Shown in pieces: positions 1 through 6,628 of a stretch of DNA of 10,897 bases. Each line of letters begins with the position of its first letter. Position 1 is the first letter of the stretch. The stretch covers positions 1 to 10,897 of the forward strand of contig PULQ01000031.1 of the NCBI GenBank assembly GCA_003552465.1, read 5' to 3'. This stretch comes from Dehalococcoidia bacterium (GTDB lineage Bacteria; Chloroflexota; Dehalococcoidia; GIF9; AB-539-J10). Under the pieces are notes generated by a model. The model was not told the origin of the DNA. It worked only from the letters and a program-made list of their open reading frames with translations, and ran no database searches. The translations under genes and the position numbers were made by a program.

Positions 1-285
1 CCAGACCGCAAACCGACCCTCAGGCATGTCCGCCCACCCCACGCCGAACGGAACATCAACCCACTCTCCATCCTCACTCCTCTGAATGGCAAACGGGGTA
101 CCGAACTGGACTGATCCCGTGCGCAGACTCCTGATGGTCAGAGTGACGGTCTCATCCGGACGATATGTCTCCTGGTCCAGGCACAGGATCACGGTGCCCA
201 AAGGAGTAGCACCGGTAACCACCACTGTCGCGACCACAACCAGCAAGCCCAGCACCGCCAGCGCTACAAACAGACGCCTCTTCAT
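1..285 (-). CDS. Partial secreted or membrane-anchored protein (N-terminal 95 aa; the gene runs off the left edge), paralogous to the next gene (460-1098). It is not in the ORF track because no stop lies inside the window.
   Basis: Reverse-complement translation from ATG at 283-285 gives MKRRLFVALAVLGLLVVVATVVVTGATPLGTVILCLDQETYRPDETVTLTIRSLRTGSVQFGTPFAIQRSEDGEWVDVPF... with no stop codon to position 1. It has an N-terminal MKRR plus hydrophobic signal or anchor. A GGGAGAG Shine-Dalgarno motif (complement of 291-297) lies 7 nt upstream. The N-terminus matches MKRRFATVGVV... of the next gene. Confidence 0.5.
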   Translation of the reverse strand, partial: MKRRLFVALAVLGLLVVVATVVVTGATPLGTVILCLDQETYRPDETVTLTIRSLRTGSVQFGTPFAIQRSEDGEWVDVPFGVGWADMPEGRFAVW

Positions 286-459
286 AGCTTCTCTCCCATG
301 TATTTCTCATTCACAGCACATCAACACGGGCCCGAATCCACAAGCTGTCCGTCTGCCCCTCGCGCCTCGAATCTGTCGGCTCCCCATATCACTGTAATCC
401 ACAACGTCGGTGTCAGGCAATCCGAGCCACTGCACCGGTCTTAGGACCTTGATCCCCTC

Positions 460-1098
460 CTAACCGTTGATGACGATGATCTCCATAGGAGCAGTAGCTA
501 TCCTGCTCCTTGTCAGTTCTTCGACTCGCTCGGTCATGTCATCACGTATGAAGCGCTCATAGTTCTTCCCCTCAAACAATTTCTCCCAAGGGCATTCATT
601 GGCAAGCAAGGTAGTTGCAGCGATCAGCTGGTATTCACCCGGATGATCTACTCTCCACATGTCCTCCACCTTCATTTTCTGCCCAGGTTCAAGTGGCGTT
701 ATCACTCCTATATCAAGGTAGACTCTGGGATGGGCGAAGAGGTCATTTGCCACGTGTCTTCCGTCACCGTCGACTATGTAGAATAGAACAACAGGGGACC
801 CATGGAACAACCGTATGTTTTCCTCTCCTATATACTCCAGTGTTGCTTTAAGGGCAAAAGCTCGCCCGGCTCTGACCTCTTTGGGAGCTTCCACTGACAA
901 GACGAAATCCGATGTTCTGACCACTTCGCGAAAACAAGCATCCAGTGATTCAGTGTGATCAGGACGCTCATCATCCGCTCCAGCTAGCGACTCAGTATGG
1001 TCAGCAGTCTCCTCATTCCCTCCAGCGAGGACTACACCGCCCACCGCCAAACCCACCACCATCAGGACCACTCCCACTGTTGCGAAACGACGCTTCAT
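460..1098 (-). CDS. Secreted or membrane-anchored Ig-like protein (possibly related to the BsuPI-type proteinase inhibitor fold), with an acidic linker carrying a duplicated DHTESL motif.
   Basis: The track ORF 460..1107 opens with GTG. I prefer the internal ATG at 1096-1098 (MKRRFATVGVVLMVVGLAVGG...), which has GGAGG (complement of 1107-1111) 8 nt upstream. A signal or anchor segment is followed by a beta-rich domain resembling the partial paralog at 1-285. The stop TAG is at 460-462. Confidence 0.6.
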   Translation of the reverse strand: MKRRFATVGVVLMVVGLAVGGVVLAGGNEETADHTESLAGADDERPDHTESLDACFREVVRTSDFVLSVEAPKEVRAGRAFALKATLEYIGEENIRLFHGSPVVLFYIVDGDGRHVANDLFAHPRVYLDIGVITPLEPGQKMKVEDMWRVDHPGEYQLIAATTLLANECPWEKLFEGKNYERFIRDDMTERVEELTRSRIATAPMEIIVING

Positions 1099-1269
1099 GC
1101 TTTTCACCTCCCTGTGCGAAGCAACCGTTCTCTAGAACCCCCAGTATGCCCGCCTTCTATGCGTGACAAACAGAGACACCTCCGTTCTCTCACCCCATGT
1201 CGCCACTGGCCCCTGCCTCTGTTGGGTCCCAGTCCATCACCGCTCAGTCACTGGTATCAAGCAAGGCTG

Positions 1270-2268
1270 CTACTCGTCGTTATCAACTATGGTGAATTCG
1301 GCCGTCTCTCCGTGCCACCTGAGTCTATACGTGCCGGGTCTAGCCTGAACCACGTGATCATCAAACGTCCAAGATTGAACATGTTCTACACCATCTAAGC
1401 CATCCAGTACTCCCGCTCTGACCTCTGCAAGTACCGCATTCGCCAGCCAAGAGGTGCTGACAACGCTTCCTCCGGTCTCCTCTATGAATGCTATGACACC
1501 CGCCTGGGTCTCGTGGGCGTGCTCCTTCAATGCTTCCAAGAATTCCTGTCCGGTCAGGCGATCTTCGTTGGCAAAAGGCGTCAGGCTGATCCAGACTGTG
1601 ACGAGTTCCTGGTCATGCAGCATCTCCCAGATCTCATCAGGGTCGGTGATGTACTCGGTCTGATCCCAGACGTGTGTTGCAGTTTCACCTGGCTCCATGT
1701 AGATCATGACGCACAGCCAGGCCCTATGGCCAAAGACATTCACCTCCGCCCACTTGCCATCTGCATGTCTCTCAACAGTCCAGACCGGTTCGGCAGTCCC
1801 ATATACCACGCGCTCACCAGAATGATTCTCGAAGTTGAACTCTATGCTCTCGCCGATACCGTAGCTATCGTCATCGGTCCAGACCAACACTCGGACCTCA
1901 GATTTGACCTCTTCCTCTTCGAAAACGGCGGTCACGGTCACATCTGCGGCCGGCATAGTGAAGGTAGTTTCTCCTGCGTATTCATCGTCGAACACACCCG
2001 TAGTTGCCGTCCACTTGATGAACCGGTAGCCCGACTCAGGTTCGGCGACCAGTTCAACCGCTGCGCCTTCCCAGTAGCCGAAACTGCCTTCGCTGGGCGC
2101 GTGTACCTGCCCTCCGTCGGTGCCGGCGATAGTGAGGTTGTGGTAGACGAGTTCGTTTACCATGCAAGGGGCACAGCTCATCACCCCTCCACCCAAGGCT
2201 GTGATAAGCAGCAGGATGGCAACACCCGCCAGGAAATGTCGTCTGCCGCAACTCAGCATTGACCTCAT
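1270..2268 (-). CDS. Secreted protein, possibly a lipoprotein, with one Listeria-Bacteroides repeat (Flg_new / InlB B-repeat-like) and a C-terminal domain of unknown function.
   Basis: A 332 aa ORF starts with ATG at 2266-2268, with GGAG 7 nt upstream. The N-terminus MRSMLSCGRRHFLAGVAILLLITALGGGVMSCAPC is a signal peptide with a possible lipobox-like VMSC. The motif GYRFIKWTATTGVFDDEYAGETTFTMPAADVTVTAVF matches the GY.F.GW... signature of the Listeria-Bacteroides repeat. Confidence 0.65.
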   Translation of the reverse strand: MRSMLSCGRRHFLAGVAILLLITALGGGVMSCAPCMVNELVYHNLTIAGTDGGQVHAPSEGSFGYWEGAAVELVAEPESGYRFIKWTATTGVFDDEYAGETTFTMPAADVTVTAVFEEEEVKSEVRVLVWTDDDSYGIGESIEFNFENHSGERVVYGTAEPVWTVERHADGKWAEVNVFGHRAWLCVMIYMEPGETATHVWDQTEYITDPDEIWEMLHDQELVTVWISLTPFANEDRLTGQEFLEALKEHAHETQAGVIAFIEETGGSVVSTSWLANAVLAEVRAGVLDGLDGVEHVQSWTFDDHVVQARPGTYRLRWHGETAEFTIVDNDE

Positions 2269-2550
2269 GACTCAACTCCGCAGCAGCATCGGTCTTCCGC
2301 GCTCCCTTCCGCCTGTTGCACGCCCCTTTCTTCCATAACGCAGGAAGCCGATAAAGGTTGCAGCATTCTGACACCATGGAATCCGGTGGCTGCCCGGGTG
2401 ATGAACCCGATCGCGCTGCACAGGACAGGCTCTGGTGACCCAGACCGCACATTCTGGGCTAATGTGTCATGCTCTACTGAACGTCCCCTCGTCCATGACG
2501 ATTCGATCATCGCTGACACGGCGGCATCCCAAGAACCGACTGGGCTATGG

Positions 2551-3477
2551 TCAGCCTTTCTGTATGCTTACTCGCAGCATGATATCACCGTTCTCAAGGC
2601 TCTCGAGTACGTCCATGCCCTCTATCAGCCGACCAAAGACCGTATGCTTACCATCAAGATGAGGCTGAGGGGCATAGGTTATGAAGAACTGTGAGCCGTT
2701 GGTATTCGGGCCCGAGTTGGCCATCGAAAGCGCGCCTGTCCCGTGCTTGTGGTGGGTGATCTCGTCATCAAAGCGGTAACCTGGACCGCCCCTGCCGGTG
2801 CCCTCGGGACACCCTCCTTGAGCCATGAAGCCGGGGATAACCCGATGAAATGTCAGGCCATCATAGAATCCCTCGCGGGCAAGAAACACAAAGCTGTTGA
2901 CCGTTATCGGAGCATCACCAGCAAACAACTCCAGAACCAGATCTCCCTTCGCCGTCCTGATCGTGGCCCTATACTGCCTACTGGGGTCGATAGTCATTGC
3001 AGGTGAGGATAGATAGGTCTTAGGTCCCGGCGAAGGGGCTGCGTCTTGTGCAGGTGGAGGAATATCCGTCGCTCCCTCAGCACTCGACCCCTTTGTCCAC
3101 ACACTGCCGTCTGCGAGAGATATGATGTGCCTGTTCACCGTGCCTGTCCAAGCTATGCGGCTGCCCCAAAGCTCTGTCTGAAGATGTATTGTGTTACCGG
3201 ACGACGTCCACTCACCCATATATGAGAAGCCCTCATCCAGTAATCGCAAATAGAAGGTTCCGTTACTCTCTAGGTCAATGCAGACCTTGCCGATTTCCCA
3301 TTCCCGGAAGGCTCCACTGCTACTGGTACTAGGTTCGGTCAGGACATACGAGCCAGGGACTGGCGAGAAGCCGAGCCCCAGAGGTGGCAAGACGGACTGG
3401 CGTGTGACTATCACTGCTACGACAGCGATAGTCAAGAGGCAACTCAGTATGATCACTGCTCGCTTCGCATTGCTCAT
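2551..3477 (-). CDS. Membrane-anchored cyclophilin-type peptidyl-prolyl cis-trans isomerase, with an N-terminal TM anchor, a ~130 aa extra domain and a Pro-rich linker.
   Basis: The C-terminal ~170 aa carry canonical cyclophilin motifs: [30 protein letters not shown] ... [46 protein letters not shown]. The track start is 3510 (TTG). I prefer ATG at 3475-3477 ([24 protein letters not shown]...), which has AGGAG (complement of 3482-3486) 4 nt upstream, a slightly short spacing. The start remains uncertain, with 3489 and 3510 as alternatives. The stop TGA is at 2551-2553. Confidence 0.85.
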   Translation of the reverse strand: MSNAKRAVIILSCLLTIAVVAVIVTRQSVLPPLGLGFSPVPGSYVLTEPSTSSSGAFREWEIGKVCIDLESNGTFYLRLLDEGFSYMGEWTSSGNTIHLQTELWGSRIAWTGTVNRHIISLADGSVWTKGSSAEGATDIPPPAQDAAPSPGPKTYLSSPAMTIDPSRQYRATIRTAKGDLVLELFAGDAPITVNSFVFLAREGFYDGLTFHRVIPGFMAQGGCPEGTGRGGPGYRFDDEITHHKHGTGALSMANSGPNTNGSQFFITYAPQPHLDGKHTVFGRLIEGMDVLESLENGDIMLRVSIQKG

Positions 3478-3937
3478 TGTTCTCCTCATATGACGACTAT
3501 TGCCTGCCAATGTCGATGAACTCGCCTACATGCGGCAGCCGGGCATGTTACTACGAAGTGATCGCCTTGTTTACCTCAATCGAGCAACCCACCCTGTTGT
3601 GCAGTTCTACCCCCTACAAATCACCCTATTAGACCGGCATGCTACACCCTAGCCGAGCTATGAAACCGACTGCCAGCTCAAATAGGGATAGGTCTCGCAG
3701 TCAACGATGTTCCACCTGTAGGTGGGGTTGCGCTAGTGGGTGTCAGCTACGGCTACCATATCCCACGGCTCGTTCAGCCCTTCTGTCTCTATATCTGTGA
3801 GGGTAACGATGTCCTTCATCCCCTAGGTGGTCTTGACCGTCCCACCATCGCCCTCTTCCAGCTAGTGGGAGGTGGTATTCTGCGGGCACCCAGCAACCGC
3901 AATCTTCACGAATCGGATGTTGACCACCAATCATCCA

Positions 3938-4744
3938 TCAAGTCTTCTTTGCTTGGATCATCTTCCTCATGGATTGCACCATTTTCTCACACTCGGTCGA
4001 CGGAACCTCGGACAGGCTGTCCCTGAGAGTCTGGTTGATCAGATATGCTGATGGTATGGTCACCTCAACGGAATCGCCGCTTGATACCTTCAACCTGAAT
4101 GTCTCGAAGTCTGACTTCTTCAGTCCCTTGTCTTTTGGGTCTATGCGATCATAGGTGCTCGTTTCAACTATCGTGATGTCTCGGTAGTATATCTCCCCGG
4201 TTCTTTCGTTCAGGAATTTGCCTCGCAGAAAGTCGAATGCACAGCCGTACGAGGCGAGGTAATGCTCGGTGGGGTAGAAGACTTGGAGACGCCAGGCGCT
4301 GTGTCGAACCCTGCTGTAGTAGAAGTGTGCGTACTTACAGTTCGTCTTTCCTCTTCTATGCTTGATGTCCTCATTTGGAATACCATGGGCGTCTGGGCAT
4401 GTACCTCCGCGCCTCCAGACCCAGACAAAGACCTCATATGGGTCGGTTATCACTTGGCTTTCGTCCAGTCCGAGTTTGGTTTTGGACCTTGTCAGTAAGT
4501 CATGCCTATCAGCCTCAAGCCAGTCATCTATCTGATCGTCTGAGGGTTTGCCAGATTGACTCACAAGTATCCCCATGACCCCACCAGCTATCAGAGTGAT
4601 GCCTACTACGATTGACACGACCGAATAGTCGTAGCGAATGCCGATAAGGATGGCGATCACTCCCAAGACTACCAAGACGATGGTCCAAGCCGGGAAGTCC
4701 TTGAAGTACTTCTGGATCTTCTTCCTCTTAGTCGTCTCATCCAT
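3938..4744 (-). CDS. Membrane protein with 2 predicted TM helices and a ~200 aa Cys/His-containing soluble domain of unknown function. It is the last gene of the candidate cluster.
   Basis: A 268 aa ORF starts with ATG at 4742-4744, with AAGGAG (complement of 4752-4757) 7 nt upstream. Two hydrophobic helices (WTIVLVVLGVIAILIGI and VVSIVVGITLIAGGVMGILV) follow a Lys-rich N-terminus. No motif in it is recognisable. Confidence 0.6.
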   Translation of the reverse strand: MDETTKRKKIQKYFKDFPAWTIVLVVLGVIAILIGIRYDYSVVSIVVGITLIAGGVMGILVSQSGKPSDDQIDDWLEADRHDLLTRSKTKLGLDESQVITDPYEVFVWVWRRGGTCPDAHGIPNEDIKHRRGKTNCKYAHFYYSRVRHSAWRLQVFYPTEHYLASYGCAFDFLRGKFLNERTGEIYYRDITIVETSTYDRIDPKDKGLKKSDFETFRLKVSSGDSVEVTIPSAYLINQTLRDSLSEVPSTECEKMVQSMRKMIQAKKT

Positions 4745-4812
4745 CTATTGTCTCCTTCGTGGCCATTGATGCTGGTACCTCCGAAGTCCCTCTGCGATGC
4801 GCGCTGACTACG

Positions 4813-4828
4813 GGCTACGCGTAGCCCC
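4813..4828. promoter_or_regulatory. Perfect 16-bp palindrome GGGCTACGCGTAGCCC in the 84-nt spacer between the zinc-ribbon/TPR gene and the 2-TM gene.
   Basis: Read directly: GGGCTACG|CGTAGCCC is its own reverse complement. It sits immediately 3' of the stop codon of CDS 4829-5521. No U-rich tract follows it on the minus-strand transcript, so it is not a classical intrinsic terminator. It could be an RNA hairpin for processing or stability, or a dimeric protein operator. Confidence 0.3.
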
Positions 4829-5521
4829 TCAGCGGTACTCGCAGTTCCCAGCACTCTCTTCCAGAGATGATCCGCCCGACGCACACGTCGATACGCTACT
4901 GCCCCCACCCTTCACCAGGTTCACTAGGTCTTGATCGCCCATGATGATGTGCTCCAACATCTTGACAGTTTCAGCATGATCATCAGACTTGCCTCTTGCC
5001 TCGTCAATCAACTCCTCGATGGTTGGTGGCTTTATGGTTAGACCGTTACACCTGTAGAAGTCGTGCTTCACCAGTGCCCACAGATAGTAGTACTTCGACC
5101 TAGTGTCATCAATCATGATGGCGGCATTCAAGTACCGCTCGACTTCCTTGATTTCTGCCAAAGTGAGTAGCTTGGGCCGCTTGCCTCTCAGAAGAGCCAA
5201 GGCATAGTGATAGTAGGAATCGGCACTGTCAGGCACTTCTTCAACCGTCTTGGCGAAGCTCTTGATCGCGAGGTCATATAGTCCTAGGCTCAGATAGCAA
5301 ATCCCCATAGCGCTGCATAGCTCTCCGTCATCTGGGAAGTCCTTAAGCAGTTGCTTGTAATGATCGACGTACCTGCCAGTGCCTGCTCTGTCAAACTTAT
5401 CCAGATAGGCCAGTGAGGTCACAATGAACTCAGACTGGCAGTACTCACACTTGCCAGCACACCTTTGCACAGGCGCCCCGCACTGCGGACAAGTCAGTAC
5501 CCTCACATCTCTGTCTGTCAA
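4829..5521 (-). CDS. Zinc-ribbon plus TPR-like repeat protein.
   Basis: A 230 aa ORF. The N-terminal CPQCGAPVQRCAGKCEYCQSEF is a C-x2-C ... C-x2-C zinc ribbon, followed by helical TPR-like repeats (e.g. GICYLSLGLYDLAIKSFAKTVEE..DSADSYYHYALALLRG). The start is non-canonical, either TTG at 5519-5521 or GTG at 5504-5506, with no clear SD. By my own count of the displayed sequence the stop falls at 4830-4832, so there is a possible +/-1 discrepancy with the track coordinate. Confidence 0.55.
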   Translation of the reverse strand: MTDRDVRVLTCPQCGAPVQRCAGKCEYCQSEFIVTSLAYLDKFDRAGTGRYVDHYKQLLKDFPDDGELCSAMGICYLSLGLYDLAIKSFAKTVEEVPDSADSYYHYALALLRGKRPKLLTLAEIKEVERYLNAAIMIDDTRSKYYYLWALVKHDFYRCNGLTIKPPTIEELIDEARGKSDDHAETVKMLEHIIMGDQDLVNLVKGGGSSVSTCASGGSSLEESAGNCEYR

Positions 5522-5530
5522 CGTCTGTCA
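5513..5530. repeat. Direct repeat GTCTGTCA-ac-GTCTGTCA (minus strand: TGACAGAC gt TGACAGAC) overlapping the start codon of the zinc-ribbon/TPR gene.
   Basis: Read directly on the plus strand at 5513-5520 and 5523-5530. The two 8-mers sit 10 bp apart centre to centre. Confidence 0.3.
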
Positions 5531-5786
5531 CCATTGGTGGAGTTGATCGATGCTCCAATCTACGGCAGGCAGATGACTATGCTACACACATATCTGCTAG
5601 GTTTGACTGTATGCCCTCTGCGACGGAAGCCTTGATCATTGCTCTTGTCAGAGCCTTATCCCATGCACCTCGACCATGTTTCGCCGGGTTTCAGCGCATC
5701 GTCGGAAGTCAGGGAATCTGATCTACTCCCACTTCTAACGTCGTTGTAGCCTTAGAACCCCAAGGACAGGCAAAGCCGTCTGAGTT

Positions 5787-6563
5787 CTACTCCTTCCTTG
5801 TCCCTGAAAGGTCGTCCACCGCCTGCGACATCTTCCTAACACATTCTCGAATACGCAATAAGACTCCCTTGCGCTCAGCTTCTGGGGTACCATCCAGGCT
5901 GCCAATCGCGGCCCCCAGTTCATCCAGCGCATTGTCCAGGTGCCAGCTTTCCTGATTCAGGGCCGTCCTAGCAGAGATCCGGCTACGGAGCTGATTACGG
6001 AGTCTCTCAAGCTCATCTACTACCTGCCGTTGCAGACCACCCTCTTCTCCTTGTGTCGGCAGGCGCCGCAACTCGAGCAGAGCTCCCTGGACTCTATTCA
6101 GCACAGCCCCTCGTTGCTCTCCGGAGCGGGCCTGAATGACCTTCTCCTCTTCCCCTTCCTGTCCGGTAGACCACATAGGAACTATTGCCAGAATGAGCAG
6201 TACCCACTTACCGATAACCACCCACAAGAAAACCCGGTCAAGACTGCTGTGGTTGAAAGCCACGAGGAATGCAGCAACTATTACAGCACTTGCTGCGAAG
6301 AAAAGGCCAACCGTGCTTACAATGCCGATGTGCATCGCAATTGGCAGTCTACTGGTCGTCTTCTTGGTGGAGAGCAAGAGGTTATAGATCAGATATGTCC
6401 CGGTCACTATCACCATCAGAGACATATCGGCCATGGCTATCCAGTATGAGTAGCGCGGTGCATCTGGAGCGAATGTAAGAAAAACACCGACGGTGAAACC
6501 CAGAGCAGCGAGCATGGCTGCGCCCCAGATCAGGACTTGTCTGCTATTGCCGGCCCTCTTCAT
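5787..6563 (-). CDS. Membrane protein with 4 predicted TM helices and a C-terminal cytoplasmic coiled-coil or helical tail.
   Basis: A 258 aa ORF starts with ATG at 6561-6563, with GGAGG (complement of 6571-6575) 7 nt upstream. There are four hydrophobic segments in the first ~130 aa. The second half is a charged helical region (EEKVIQARSGEQRGAVLNRVQGALLELRRL ... VDELERLRNQLRSRISARTALNQ). Confidence 0.6.
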   Translation of the reverse strand: MKRAGNSRQVLIWGAAMLAALGFTVGVFLTFAPDAPRYSYWIAMADMSLMVIVTGTYLIYNLLLSTKKTTSRLPIAMHIGIVSTVGLFFAASAVIVAAFLVAFNHSSLDRVFLWVVIGKWVLLILAIVPMWSTGQEGEEEKVIQARSGEQRGAVLNRVQGALLELRRLPTQGEEGGLQRQVVDELERLRNQLRSRISARTALNQESWHLDNALDELGAAIGSLDGTPEAERKGVLLRIRECVRKMSQAVDDLSGTRKE

Positions 6564-6628
6564 CGATTGACCTCCAAAGAGCTTTCGTATTCGTCAATAT
6601 GGGCATTGAGTCTTGTACGGACGGCTCA

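Noticed and set aside
86-397. 103 aa plus-strand ORF at the left edge.
   Set aside because: It is antisense to a minus-strand reading frame that is open from 285 to the window edge. That minus-strand frame has an SD, a classic signal peptide and an N-terminus paralogous to the next gene. The plus ORF product is low-complexity (T-, S- and R-rich).
997-1398. 133 aa plus-strand ORF with a His, Pro and Cys-rich product.
   Set aside because: It overlaps two minus-strand genes and the spacer between them. Its composition is typical of antisense translation of GC-rich coding DNA.
1513-2262. 249 aa plus-strand ORF.
   Set aside because: It lies entirely antisense within the 332 aa minus-strand gene, which has an SD, a signal peptide and a recognisable repeat. 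It has no SD and a low-complexity, Cys/His-rich product, so it is a shadow ORF.
2386-2694. 102 aa plus-strand ORF spanning the cyclophilin 3' end and the adjacent intergenic region.
   Set aside because: It overlaps the well-supported cyclophilin CDS on the opposite strand. It has no SD and no recognisable features.
3478-3937. A possible tRNA or small RNA gene in the long intergenic region.
   Set aside because: No GTTCGAATC-like T-loop, no anticodon-arm-like structure and no cloverleaf-compatible arrangement was found by eye. I see only short 5-bp hairpins. It is retained as an unexplained spacer in the findings rather than called as an RNA gene.
4830-4832. One-base discrepancy between my manual position of the stop codon of the zinc-ribbon/TPR gene and the ORF track (4829).
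   Set aside because: It is most likely my own indexing error when reading the formatted sequence. The track coordinates are retained. It does not affect interpretation.
5940-6449. 169 aa plus-strand ORF, together with the 6136..6387 and 6269..6478 ORFs.
   Set aside because: It is antisense to the 4-TM gene, which has a strong GGAGG SD and coherent TM helices. It has no start context and is a shadow ORF.
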